In this document: positions 7,704-17,801 of the stretch, piece after piece
Position numbering within the stretch: the stretch's first letter is position 1
Layout of the letters: each line of letters opens with the position of its first letter
From: Planctomycetota bacterium
GTDB taxonomy: Bacteria > Planctomycetota > Phycisphaerae > UBA1845
DNA length: 64,000 nucleotides
Direction of reading: 5' to 3'
Assembly (NCBI GenBank): GCA_024275565.1
Contig: JAJRYY010000009.1
Location: 6,756-70,755, forward strand
Program-made: the position numbers and the translations under genes
Notes under the pieces: model-generated
The model's input: the letters and a program-made list of their open reading frames with translations, nothing else
Told to the model about the DNA's origin: nothing
Database searches by the model: none

Positions 7704-10244
7704 ATGACGTGCAGATCGATACCGTCCCTTCTTCTCGTAGTCACCCTGCTGGGTCTCTATTCTGTGCCCGAGACGGACGCCGCCCAGGTGGTGCTACGGC
7801 CGTCGAAGGACAACACATTGTATGACGGCAACGGTGGCACTCGAAGCAATGGGGCAGGGCAACACGTTTTTTCGGGGAACAATAACAACCCCGCATTGCT
7901 TCCCCGACGGGCGGTGTTCTTCTTCGATGTGGCTGGCAATGTTCCTTCTGGAGCGACCATCAACAGCGTGGTACTCGAACTGAATGTCACGCGTGCCGGA
8001 TCGGGAACTCCGGCGATGAGTCTCCATCGCCTGAATACTGACTGGGGCGAATCTACGTCGCTTCCCAGCGGTGGTGCTGGTGGTGGAGGTGGAGGTGGAC
8101 CGGCTGCTACCGGTGATACGACATGGTTGCATACATTTTTCAACTCGTCGTTCTGGGCATCCCCTGGTGGTGATTTCAGCGGAGTGGTCAGCGGGAGTGC
8201 ATCAGTCGGCGGTGTCGGTTCATACACCTGGGGATCGACCGCGCAGATGGTGGCTGATGTTCAGGACTGGGTAGACAATCCCGCCGGTGAATTTGGGTGG
8301 ATTCTGATTGGTAACGAAGCAGTGACACAGTCTGCCAGGCGGTTTGCATCTCGCCAGAACAGCAATTCGAGTTTGCGGCCTTTGCTGACGATCGATTACA
8401 CAACTTCGGGGATCTCCGGTGCGTGCTGTGCAGGCGATGGAACTTGCACGAACCTCACGCCGCTCGCCTGCAGCAATAGCGGGGGAATCTATCAGGGCGA
8501 CAATGCACCCTGCTTTCCGAATCCCTGTGTTCCTGCCATTGGTGCGTGTTGCGAGAACAGTGGGGTATGCACGGACACAACGGATGCGGATTGCACGCTT
8601 CTGGGCGGCGTTTTTCAAGGCGTGGGCAATCTATGCTCCCCCGGCCTCTGCCCGGTGATCCTGGAACCCTACGTCGATGCTCTGCCGATTCCCGGCGTGT
8701 TGCAACCTGTCACGGGCACGTCTGGCGGGGTGGCTCATTATGTCGTCAACATGCTTGAGTTCGATCAGCAGCTTCATCGCGACCTGCCACCGACCCGGTT
8801 GTGGGGATATGAAGGTTTGTACCCCGGTCCTACGATCGAGGCGACGAGTGGTCAGCAGGTTACGGTGGAGTGGGTCAACGACCTCCGCGATGAGTTTGGG
8901 GTGTTGAGAACCGATCATCTGCTTCCAGTGAATCTCTGTGCGCATGGTCCGAATACCGAAGGCGACAATCCACGCACAGTGGTCCATCTTCACGGCGCTC
9001 ATGTTCAGGAGGAATACGATGGTTATCCTGAAAGCACCTTCCTGCCCGGCGAGAGTGATACTTACATCTACGAGAACAACCAGCTTCCTGCCACGTTGTG
9101 GTACCACGATCACGCGATCGGTATTACGCGACTGAACGTGCAACTCGGTCTTGCTGCATTCTACATCATTCGTGACGCGTTCGAGTTGAGTCTGGGTCTT
9201 CCGGATGGCGAGTTCGAGATTCCCATCGCGATTCAGGATCGCACGTTCAACCCCGATGGATCTCTCGTGTATCCCTTCGACCTGGGCGATTTCTTCTTTG
9301 GCGATACAATGGTGGTCAATGGAAAAGCCTGGCCATTCCTGAACGTCAAGCAGGGCAAATATCGCCTGCGATTGCTGAACGGTTGCAATGCCCGGACGCT
9401 GACGCTTGCGATGTCGTCGGGCGATCCTTTCGTGCGGATCGGTACGGACGGTGGATTGCTGCCCACACCGGTGACGGTGAGTGAAATCACGTTGTCACCG
9501 GCTGAGCGTGCGGATGTCATCATTGATTTCGCCGGGTTCGCACCGGGAACCGAAATCATCCTGACCAACAGCGCTCCTGCACCCTACCCCGGACTGGCTG
9601 GCGTCGGTGTGATTCCCGAAGTCATGAAGTTCATCGTGACGGCGGACCCTGGTGATACCGACCCGATCCCGACGAAACTGCGTCCGATGGAGGTGCTTCA
9701 GGAAGCAGACTCGGTCGTCACGCGTGATTTCGAGTTAAGCAAGGTGGCTGAACCCTGTGCCGGTGCAATGTGGACGATCAACGGTCTGATGTGGAACGAC
9801 ATCACCGAGTTCCCGGTTCTTGATACCACCGAGACGTGGCGGTTCATCAACAAGTCCGGCATGATGCACCCGATGCACATGCACCTTGTGATGTTCCAGG
9901 TACTGGACAGTCAGCCATTCATGATGGTTGGTGACGAGATTGTCACGACGGGTCCTCCCGTAGCACCCCCTCTGCATGAGCAGGGGTGGAAGGACACCGT
10001 GCGGGTCGATCCGTTTGAAATCGTGCGTGTGATCGCCCGGTTCGAGAGCTACACAGGGAAATATGCCTACCATTGCCACATCCTCGAACACGAGGACCAC
10101 GAGATGATGCGGCAGTTCCAGGTCGTTGCACCAGGTGATATTCCGACGATGTCTGAGTGGGGTATGCTGAACCTGGCCATCTGCCTGATGATCGCGGGAC
10201 AACTGATCTTCGCTCGACGAAGGCACAGTTCGATCGCGCGTTAA
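7704..10244 (+). CDS. secreted three-domain multicopper oxidase (CotA/bilirubin-oxidase-like) with N-terminal extension, two Cys-rich repeats and an IPTL-CTERM-like C-terminal sorting tail
   Basis: The four MCO copper-ligand motifs are present: HLHGAHV, WYHDHA, HPMHMH and HCHILEHEDHEMM. A signal peptide is predicted. Residues 230-320 carry two CxxC-rich modules (CCAGDGTCTNLTPLACSNSGG... and CCENSGVCTDTTDADCTLLGG...). The last 30 aa (IPTMSEWGMLNLAICLMIAGQLIFARRR) resemble the IPTL-CTERM motif followed by a TM segment and an Arg cluster. Confidence 0.8.
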   Translation: MTCRSIPSLLLVVTLLGLYSVPETDAAQVVLRPSKDNTLYDGNGGTRSNGAGQHVFSGNNNNPALLPRRAVFFFDVAGNVPSGATINSVVLELNVTRAGSGTPAMSLHRLNTDWGESTSLPSGGAGGGGGGGPAATGDTTWLHTFFNSSFWASPGGDFSGVVSGSASVGGVGSYTWGSTAQMVADVQDWVDNPAGEFGWILIGNEAVTQSARRFASRQNSNSSLRPLLTIDYTTSGISGACCAGDGTCTNLTPLACSNSGGIYQGDNAPCFPNPCVPAIGACCENSGVCTDTTDADCTLLGGVFQGVGNLCSPGLCPVILEPYVDALPIPGVLQPVTGTSGGVAHYVVNMLEFDQQLHRDLPPTRLWGYEGLYPGPTIEATSGQQVTVEWVNDLRDEFGVLRTDHLLPVNLCAHGPNTEGDNPRTVVHLHGAHVQEEYDGYPESTFLPGESDTYIYENNQLPATLWYHDHAIGITRLNVQLGLAAFYIIRDAFELSLGLPDGEFEIPIAIQDRTFNPDGSLVYPFDLGDFFFGDTMVVNGKAWPFLNVKQGKYRLRLLNGCNARTLTLAMSSGDPFVRIGTDGGLLPTPVTVSEITLSPAERADVIIDFAGFAPGTEIILTNSAPAPYPGLAGVGVIPEVMKFIVTADPGDTDPIPTKLRPMEVLQEADSVVTRDFELSKVAEPCAGAMWTINGLMWNDITEFPVLDTTETWRFINKSGMMHPMHMHLVMFQVLDSQPFMMVGDEIVTTGPPVAPPLHEQGWKDTVRVDPFEIVRVIARFESYTGKYAYHCHILEHEDHEMMRQFQVVAPGDIPTMSEWGMLNLAICLMIAGQLIFARRRHSSIAR

Positions 10245-10259
10245 GCAATGCATACTGCA

Positions 10260-10293
10260 CAGCGTTCATCATCCTGACGGGTGATGAACGCTG
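10260..10293. terminator. bidirectional terminator-like inverted repeat between convergent genes, followed by a 15-bp x2 direct repeat (10296-10330)
   Basis: cagcgttcatcatc ctgacg ggtgatgaacgctg forms a perfect 14-bp stem. No U-tract is present. Confidence 0.35.
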
Positions 10294-10331
10294 TGACTGT
10301 CTAACCTGTTTCCAACCTATTTCTTTCCAAC

Positions 10332-11159
10332 CTATTTCCCGGTAAAGCTGATCTGGAACTGACCAAAGTCTGCAAAATCGATATCGACATCACCGTCGAA
10401 ATCGAATGCACAGGTACAGTCTTCTCCAGCAGGACCTGGCCCCGTCATGCAATCGAGAATGGCGGCTGCATCGAGGAGGTCTACATCACCGTCGCCGTCG
10501 AAATCACCCGATGGACCGGTGCATCCTTGCGCACCATTCAATACGACCCGGTCGAGACCGAAGACGCCAGCGGTCATGGTCGGAGGTCCGAGCAAAATGG
10601 GCGGTGTGTCGTGGCGGAAGAATACCGCATTCACGCCCTGAAGCACCTCATCAAATGTGGCAGACGGGGGATCTTCAAACCCGATGTACACGAAGTCGTC
10701 TGCCAGGAGGTCGACCGTGAATTCGGTCCAGTCCGTCCCGACGGGCAGGATGACCCCTTTGATGGCAGAATAGCGTGCGCCCTGACCGAACTGCCCATCT
10801 GCAAGCCCGAGATGGATTTCGAGATCGATGGCACCGAGGTTCTTCAACCAGAATGTCATCGAGGTTGCACCGACCGCAGGATAATCGCCGAGGAATGCGC
10901 TGTGGAGTTTTTTGTCCCGGGCGTGAATTCCGAGCGGGCCGGGGAGATCCGGCGTGCGAGACATCTGCAGAAAACCGTCACCATCGCCACCAACACCGCC
11001 GGTACCAGGGTTGGTTGAAGGTGTCTGGGCGAACCAGCCATTCGCGTCGCCACCGGAAAAATCCTCAACGACGCCCGTTTCGGCAGCCATCGCTCCCGCC
11101 GCCATGCCCATTGCCACCGTCATACACGCGAATACACCCGCGCTCATTTTCTTTCGCAT
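10332..11159 (-). CDS. secreted hypothetical protein with C-terminal double Ca-loop (dockerin/EF-hand-like) module
   Basis: An N-terminal signal peptide is present. The C-terminus reads DFDGDGDVDLLDAAAILDCMTG...CAFDFDGDVDIDFADFGQFQISFTGK. Confidence 0.5.
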   Translation of the reverse strand: MRKKMSAGVFACMTVAMGMAAGAMAAETGVVEDFSGGDANGWFAQTPSTNPGTGGVGGDGDGFLQMSRTPDLPGPLGIHARDKKLHSAFLGDYPAVGATSMTFWLKNLGAIDLEIHLGLADGQFGQGARYSAIKGVILPVGTDWTEFTVDLLADDFVYIGFEDPPSATFDEVLQGVNAVFFRHDTPPILLGPPTMTAGVFGLDRVVLNGAQGCTGPSGDFDGDGDVDLLDAAAILDCMTGPGPAGEDCTCAFDFDGDVDIDFADFGQFQISFTGK

Positions 11160-11282
11160 CCCAAGCTCCTATCCTCATCCATTCCCGGTTCGCTACGCGA
11201 TACCCCAAACTCAGCCATATGTTGTAACATAAGCCGGGTCGCGTTTCTCGCCAACAAAATCGGATTTTATGTCGGAAATGCA

Positions 11283-11330
11283 AAAAAAAAACCGGCATGC
11301 GACCTTCTCGCACGCCGGTTTGACCACGAT
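11283..11330 (-). terminator. Rho-independent terminator downstream of aceA
   Basis: The plus strand reads aaaaaaaaaaCCGGCATGCGAccttctcGCACGCCGGttt. On the minus strand this is a GC-rich hairpin followed by T10. Confidence 0.55.
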
Positions 11331-11398
11331 TCTATTCAATTCTGCACGCTGGAACACGATCGCAATTCCTGCGGCAACTTATTTATTCAACAGATTCG

Positions 11399-12751
11399 TC
11401 AGGATCGACCGTTTCGACCCAGTTTGACAGGGGTTGCCTCGAACTGCTCCTCCTCGGTTGATCCTGCCAGTGCGGTCGTTTCAGCCGCCCCGCCAGTGAC
11501 GAGAGTCTGGATTTTGTCGAAATATCCGGTTCCGACGAACCGCTGGTGCTTGGTGGCCTGGTATCCGAAATCTCGGTCGCTGTCGAATTCATGCTCCTGA
11601 AGTGAAGCGTAGGCGGTCATGCCCTCGTCGCGGTATTTTCTAGCCAGCTCGAACATGCCGAGATTAAGACAATGGAAGCCCGCCAGAGTGATGAACTGGA
11701 ATTTGTATCCCATCGCGCCCAGCTCTCGCTGGAACTTTGCGATCGTTGCGTCGTCGAGCTGGGCCTTCCAGTTGAAGGAGGGGGAACAGTTGTAGGCCAA
11801 CAGCTTTCCGGGATATTCGGCGTGGACTGCCTCGGCGAATCGCTTTGCCTCGCCCAGGTCGGGATGGGCAGTTTCGCACCAGATCATGTCGCAATGTGGG
11901 GCGTATGCGAGGCCTCGGGCGATGGCAGCGTCCATCCCGCCATTGAACCGGAAGAAACCCTCGCTTGTGCGCTCACCAGTGATGAATGGCCGGTCCCGCT
12001 CGTCTGTGTCGCAGGTGAGAAGCTTGCAACCATTGGTGTCGGTGCGTGCGACAAGGACAGTTGGAACGCCGCAGACATCGGCCGCCATCCGTGCCGCAAT
12101 AAGTTTCTGGATGAACTGGTCAGTGGGGACCGCCACTTTTCCGCCCATATGACCGCACTTTTTAGCGGACGATAACTGATCCTCAAAATGCACGCCGGCG
12201 GCGCCAGCTTCGATCATGAGTTTCATAAGCTCGTATGCGTTGAGGTTGCCACCGAACCCTGCTTCCGCGTCTGCGACGATCGGTGCGAACCAGTACTTAC
12301 CCGTCGGATCGTCGCTCATCTGATCCACCTGGTCGGCGCGCATGAGCGCTGCGTTGACCCTTTTAACAACATTTGGGACGCTATCGGAGGGGTAGAGACT
12401 CATGTCGGGATACATTTGACCCGCAAGGTTCGCGTCGGCGGCTACCTGCCAGCCGGACATATAGATTGCTTTCAGTCCGGCCTGGACCATCTGAACAGCC
12501 TGATTTCCGGTCAATGCTCCGAGTGCGTGGACATAATCCTCGGTATGCATGAGGCTCCAGAGGCGTTCTGATCCGAGTGTTGCGAGTGTGTGCTCGATTT
12601 TGACGCTGCCGCGAAGCTGGATGACATCCTCAGCCGTGTAGGGTCGTACAACGCCTGCCCAGCGCGGATCCTTCTTCCAATAATCCTGCATCTGCTGAAC
12701 AATGACGTCGCGGTTACCGTTGATAATCATATTTTTCTCCTCCGGGTTCAA
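11399..12751 (-). CDS. aceA: isocitrate lyase
   Basis: 450 aa containing the ICL signature KKCGHMGGK and the ICL/PEP-mutase fold. Confidence 0.9.
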   Translation of the reverse strand: MNPEEKNMIINGNRDVIVQQMQDYWKKDPRWAGVVRPYTAEDVIQLRGSVKIEHTLATLGSERLWSLMHTEDYVHALGALTGNQAVQMVQAGLKAIYMSGWQVAADANLAGQMYPDMSLYPSDSVPNVVKRVNAALMRADQVDQMSDDPTGKYWFAPIVADAEAGFGGNLNAYELMKLMIEAGAAGVHFEDQLSSAKKCGHMGGKVAVPTDQFIQKLIAARMAADVCGVPTVLVARTDTNGCKLLTCDTDERDRPFITGERTSEGFFRFNGGMDAAIARGLAYAPHCDMIWCETAHPDLGEAKRFAEAVHAEYPGKLLAYNCSPSFNWKAQLDDATIAKFQRELGAMGYKFQFITLAGFHCLNLGMFELARKYRDEGMTAYASLQEHEFDSDRDFGYQATKHQRFVGTGYFDKIQTLVTGGAAETTALAGSTEEEQFEATPVKLGRNGRS

Positions 12752-12826
12752 TATCCCAGTCTTGGCTTCCTGTTGTTTAGCTTTCTATATTTGTAGTTTC
12801 CCAGTTTCAGCGTCCCAGTTTCAGAT

Positions 12827-14494
12827 TCACTTGTTTTGCAGCTTCCCCAATAGTTCGTATGCGGGGAGCGTTAGAAAATCGACGAGCGTTTCGTCGGTTG
12901 AAATGCGATCGAAGATGTCTGCGGCTTCGACGAAAGCACCCGCAGCGAAACGCTCTTCTCCGACCCCTTCTCTGATATGTTTCAGCTCATCGCGGAGCAT
13001 TGATTTGAAGAGTTCTTTCGTGATGACAACGCCATCTGTCTGCGCAACAGTTCCATCTGCCCGCTTGACATATCCATCAGACAGCTTTGCACGGTGGCGG
13101 ATCCATTGCCATATCTGTGTGCGTGAGATTTCAGCAGTGGCAGCGTCTTCCATAAGATGATAGAGCGGTACGCAGCCATTCCCGCGTAACCAGCTTTCCA
13201 GATATTGGACGCCGACACTGATATTGTGTCGAAGTCCTTTCTCCGTAATATTCCCACGCGGAACTTCGAGCAGATCGTTCGCCGTAACCATGACATCCCC
13301 GCGTGGCCGATCGATCTGATTCGGGCCTGGCATTTTTTCGTTGAATATATCCATTGCAGTCGATACCAGTCCGGGGTGCGCCACCCACGTCCCATCATGC
13401 CCTTCTTCAACTTCGCGTAATTTGTCTGCACGGACTTTGGCGATGGCTGCTTCGTTTGCCTTCGGATCAGATTTTATCGGAATCTGTGCAGCCATACCGC
13501 CCATGGCATGGGCACCTCGGCGGTGACATGTTTGAATGACATACCGTACATAGTTCCGCATCAATGGAACGGACATCGATATCTGGTCACGGTCCGGTAA
13601 TACAAATCTGGAATTATTTCGGAATGTTTTAACAAAACTGAAAATATAATCCCAACGTCCGCAATTCAGACCGGCTGAGTGGTCCCGAAGCTCGTACAGA
13701 ATTTCATCCGCTTCAAAGCTGGCCAGCACATGCTCAATGAGCACGGTTGCCTTGATCGATCCACGCGGGATGCCCAGTTCGTCCTGAGCGGTCTTGAAGA
13801 GGTCGTTCCAGAGTCGTGCTTCGAGGTGGTTCTGCAATTTCGGAAGATAATAATAGGGTCCAGAACCGTTATTGAGCAGCGTCCTGGCGTTGTGGAAGAA
13901 GTACAGCGCAAAATCGAAAATGCTACCGGAAACGGGTTGATTATCGACCCTGAGATGTTCCTCAACCAGATGCCAACCTCGCGGGCGGATCATGAGCGTC
14001 GCAGGATGATCGAAGAGTTTGTATTGCTTCCCTTCGGAGTTTGTGAATGCGATGGTGCGATTGACTGCATCACGCATGTTTATCTGCCCCTGGACCATGT
14101 TGTCCCAGGTTGGCGAATTGGAATCCTCAAAGTCTGCCATGAAACATTGCACGCCACTGTTGAGGGCATTGATGACCATTTTTCGATCGGTGGGTCCGGT
14201 AATCTCCACGCGTCGATCGCGCAGGTCATTCGGTATGGGCGCTATTTTCCATTTCGATTCCCGGATCCCCTCAGTCATTTCCAGAAAACCGGGCATATGC
14301 CCGGCGTCAATATCGCATTGGCGATCGATACGCTTGTTCAGGAGGTCGATGCGTGTTGCGTTATGGGACCGGTGGAGCGTCGCAATGAACGCGAGCGCCT
14401 CTGGTGTAAGGATTTCTGCGTATTCGGGCGTCACCAGCCCATTTATGGATATACCGTCCGTTACAACTGTCGCAATGCGCGCAACCATACTCAC
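12827..14494 (-). CDS. aceB: malate synthase A
   Basis: The 555-aa ORF has family-wide similarity, for example [29 protein letters not shown]. It lies immediately upstream of aceA on the same strand, giving the aceBA operon. Confidence 0.9.
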   Translation of the reverse strand: MSMVARIATVVTDGISINGLVTPEYAEILTPEALAFIATLHRSHNATRIDLLNKRIDRQCDIDAGHMPGFLEMTEGIRESKWKIAPIPNDLRDRRVEITGPTDRKMVINALNSGVQCFMADFEDSNSPTWDNMVQGQINMRDAVNRTIAFTNSEGKQYKLFDHPATLMIRPRGWHLVEEHLRVDNQPVSGSIFDFALYFFHNARTLLNNGSGPYYYLPKLQNHLEARLWNDLFKTAQDELGIPRGSIKATVLIEHVLASFEADEILYELRDHSAGLNCGRWDYIFSFVKTFRNNSRFVLPDRDQISMSVPLMRNYVRYVIQTCHRRGAHAMGGMAAQIPIKSDPKANEAAIAKVRADKLREVEEGHDGTWVAHPGLVSTAMDIFNEKMPGPNQIDRPRGDVMVTANDLLEVPRGNITEKGLRHNISVGVQYLESWLRGNGCVPLYHLMEDAATAEISRTQIWQWIRHRAKLSDGYVKRADGTVAQTDGVVITKELFKSMLRDELKHIREGVGEERFAAGAFVEAADIFDRISTDETLVDFLTLPAYELLGKLQNK

Positions 14495-14655
14495 CCCTTT
14501 TTTCCAAAGGAAATATCGTTATCGGTGCATGTTCAATCGAGAAGTATGCCAGGAAACGACTCCATACATACTGCATTATGGGTCGTATTACTTTTCCCCT
14601 TTCCATCTCGTACGTATCATTCGTAGCGATTGAAGAATAATTAGGCAAACTAATA

Positions 14656-15642
14656 GTGCCAATGTATAGTATTGATAGAATCTATTATGGAAATTGGGGG
14701 CAGAACATCGTGGCGAAGCAGGTCCATCGCGCCTACTACAAGCAGAATCGATTGCAACAATTACGCGGATTCTGCTACGCAGCCAAGGCGCTCAGCATCT
14801 CGAAGGCAGCTCAGAAGATGTTTCTGAGTCAACCGTCCGTGTCTCTGCAGATCCAGGCGTTGGAGCGCGAGCTGGGGGTCGTGCTGTTTGAACGGTATGG
14901 ACCGAAAATATCGCTCACCCCCGATGGGGAAGCGTTGCTCGTCCTGGCGACCCCACTCGTGGAGGGGATGGACAACCTCCCTGCGTCCTTTGCAGCCCGT
15001 CGCGAGGAGATCGGCGAAGGCAGACTCGATGTCGCCGCTGGCGAATCGACCATCCTCTACATTCTCCCGGAACTTGTTCACGCTTTCAGCAAGCGTTACC
15101 CACGCATCGAACTGAAGCTCCACAATGTCACAGGTCAGACCGGGTTGAAAATGCTGCGGGCGGGTGAAGTTGATTTCGCTGTCGGGTCCATGATCGATAC
15201 GCATGATGACATCGTGTTTGCTGCGATCTGGACGTACGCACCAATGCTCATCACGCCGATGGACTGTCCGCTGGCGGATCGAAAGCGCGTGAGCATGAAA
15301 GACATCGCCGCAGAACCGCTTATTCTCCCGCCGCGACAGCTCACGACCTACCGACTGATCGAAGCAGCGATGGAGCAGCGAGGCCTAAACTACCATGTGC
15401 GGGTGGAGGCTGGAGGCTGGGAGGTGATTAAGAAGTATGTTCAGATCGGGCTGGGCGTGTCGATAGTCCCGAGCTTCTGCCTGACCGGCGATGAACCCGT
15501 CAGGTCGATTTCCGTCAAGGGACACTTCCCGGAACGGACCTACGGCGTGGTGCTTCGGAAAGGGAGATTTCTATCGCCACAGGCAAAGGAGTTCATTCGA
15601 AACCTCTCACCCTTGACGCATGACCTCGCGGAAATCGCGTAA
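14656..15642 (+). CDS. LysR-family transcriptional regulator, divergent from aceBA
   Basis: The N-terminal HTH (LRGFCYAAKALSISKAAQKMFLSQPSVSLQIQALERELGVVLFER) is followed by a LysR substrate-binding domain. The real start is probably downstream of the ORF-track start. Confidence 0.8.
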   Translation: MPMYSIDRIYYGNWGQNIVAKQVHRAYYKQNRLQQLRGFCYAAKALSISKAAQKMFLSQPSVSLQIQALERELGVVLFERYGPKISLTPDGEALLVLATPLVEGMDNLPASFAARREEIGEGRLDVAAGESTILYILPELVHAFSKRYPRIELKLHNVTGQTGLKMLRAGEVDFAVGSMIDTHDDIVFAAIWTYAPMLITPMDCPLADRKRVSMKDIAAEPLILPPRQLTTYRLIEAAMEQRGLNYHVRVEAGGWEVIKKYVQIGLGVSIVPSFCLTGDEPVRSISVKGHFPERTYGVVLRKGRFLSPQAKEFIRNLSPLTHDLAEIA

Positions 15643-15692
15643 AACAGCAGACAACCCACCCACGCAGCATCCTGTATATTCTTGTGGTGTTG

Positions 15693-17663
15693 TTAGTTGC
15701 GAAGCTGGGCCAGGCGATTCACAAGCGACTGAACGGCGGGCCAATCATCCCGGGTCTCGATCGCATTGGCATAATTCGCGATGGCCGTCGCCCGATGGGC
15801 AGGGTCTTCAAGGATGGCGAGCAGTTCGTGCGCCGCAGCGGCCTGCGCGGGGACCGTCCAACTCGTACCCAGTTCGCGGGCAGATCGCTCAAAATCAGAG
15901 GCAGCGGACCGTGCTTCTTCCATGGCAGACTCCCTTGCTTCGTCGCGACGCTCGGCAAAGACAGATGGGTCCGCCTCGGACAATTGAAATGCCTCCTTCG
16001 CAAAGACAACAAGACTGTAGTCTGCAGATGCGTGGAGAAACCGTTTTGTATGCATGACAGCAAGAGCGACGCGGGCCTGGGCGAGTTCGTTGTTAATCTG
16101 ACCGGTTCGCCACTTGTCCTTTGTGAGGTTTTTCAGAGGTGAGGCGTCCTGCTGTGCAGGGCTTGCGAGCGAGAGTCGATCCTGAGCGGCTCGGGAGACA
16201 TCACCCACCGCTCGAGCAGCTGTGCGATAGGCAGACACAGCCGAGGCGATTTTGCGTGCTGCGCTGTCCATGGATGCGTCGGCGTCTGTCACCCTCTGTT
16301 CGAATTCTGCGAAGGTTGAGGCTGCTTCCGATTGAAGCGACTGAGACTCTGATCTGGCGTCGCCTGCGCGGCGGGCATACTCCTCAGCCAGCAGCTCAAA
16401 ACCCTTCACCGCCGCTTCGAGATCACTCGCCTGCCGCTCCAGCCCTTCCAGATCGAATGCCAGTGTCTCGCGTTCGTCTCGATAGTCCTTGATCCCACGC
16501 TCACGACGAATCTCGACATCGTCGTCCACAGGGACATATTCCCCGGTCACAAAGTCGCCCGAATCATCAATACGGGCACCCGCCAGATGACCATGCTCAA
16601 GGCGATGGGCTTCAGCAAGGGCTGTCCGATACCGGACAGAGGCAGCCTCAAATGCATCCCGGAACGTTTCAAATCCGTCGGGGTCCAGCAAGTCGACGCC
16701 CTCCTCACTGAGTCGGTCCATCTCCCCGCGCGCGGCGTCAGCCCGGTTCTTCGCGTCCTTACTCTGCAGGGTCAATCCCGATATGGCTGCGTCGAGCACC
16801 CGCAGGCGGTCGGCTGCATCTGTGATGTTCTGTCGCACAACCTCCACATCCGCCCGGAGTGTCTCAATCTTTTCGTGGATCCCACTGTCCTGAACCAGAT
16901 CACGCTGCGGGTCCACTTCCGCAATTCTCGCAGCCAACCGTACAAGACGACGACGATGTCCGTCAGCCATCGAACGGTCGAGATCAGCCTGCCGCTCGGC
17001 GGCTGTCGCCATTGCTACCACGATCGCACCTTTGAGTCGGTTGGCTTCTGCAGAAATACCATGCGCCTTCTCGAGGGTATGATCGCGTAACCCCTGGTCG
17101 ATTTCACGCAATGCCTCAGCCAAAATGCCCTTGTTCTGCTGAAACAGGCGGTCGCGGACGCGGATACCCTCACGGGCTGCGTTCGCCATCGACCCCGCAT
17201 TGCCGCCCAGTTTCGTCGAAGGCGTCAACGGCTGGTCTGCCACACCACCTGCGGTTTTGAATCGCTCCTCAAGCTCACGACGCGCGATGGCAGTGCGCCC
17301 CGAAAAACGATCCTTGAGCACCTCCTCAGCCTGCTCGATGAACTCGCGATGCTCCTCAAAAATCTCCTGCGCGTCATCCCCTTCGAGATTGACATCAACG
17401 TCGTATGCTGCAAGCTGCGACAGAATGCCGGATATACGCTCCTCGTTTGCACCATACTGCACCAGAAGTCGGCGAGCACGCTCGACACTCGCTGAAAGCT
17501 GAGCGGCGGCGGCATCGTCGGCGGGCGCGAGCAGCGGCGCCGCAAAATAGACACCGCCGACGATCAGAGGGACCAGTGCAGACATCAAGATTATGGAACC
17601 TGTTTTATTCACGTTGTATATCCTTGCAGCAACGTCCTTGTTCAAGGCAGCGCACGACATCAT
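15693..17663 (-). CDS. hypothetical membrane-anchored Ala/Glu/Arg-rich coiled-coil protein
   Basis: 656 aa with one N-terminal TM helix and a long alpha-helical, low-complexity region. No recognisable catalytic motif. Confidence 0.5.
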   Translation of the reverse strand: MMSCAALNKDVAARIYNVNKTGSIILMSALVPLIVGGVYFAAPLLAPADDAAAAQLSASVERARRLLVQYGANEERISGILSQLAAYDVDVNLEGDDAQEIFEEHREFIEQAEEVLKDRFSGRTAIARRELEERFKTAGGVADQPLTPSTKLGGNAGSMANAAREGIRVRDRLFQQNKGILAEALREIDQGLRDHTLEKAHGISAEANRLKGAIVVAMATAAERQADLDRSMADGHRRRLVRLAARIAEVDPQRDLVQDSGIHEKIETLRADVEVVRQNITDAADRLRVLDAAISGLTLQSKDAKNRADAARGEMDRLSEEGVDLLDPDGFETFRDAFEAASVRYRTALAEAHRLEHGHLAGARIDDSGDFVTGEYVPVDDDVEIRRERGIKDYRDERETLAFDLEGLERQASDLEAAVKGFELLAEEYARRAGDARSESQSLQSEAASTFAEFEQRVTDADASMDSAARKIASAVSAYRTAARAVGDVSRAAQDRLSLASPAQQDASPLKNLTKDKWRTGQINNELAQARVALAVMHTKRFLHASADYSLVVFAKEAFQLSEADPSVFAERRDEARESAMEEARSAASDFERSARELGTSWTVPAQAAAAHELLAILEDPAHRATAIANYANAIETRDDWPAVQSLVNRLAQLRN

Positions 17664-17801
17664 CTCCGACCAGAACGCTCCAGTCCGTCCGAATACCAGT
17701 CGCGGATACTAATCGACGCGGCGGAGATTGAAAGGGGCGGGTGGACAACTGATGCTAGAATTGACGCTGAAAAACGACGATTCCAACCCAAAATCCGGCA
17801 T

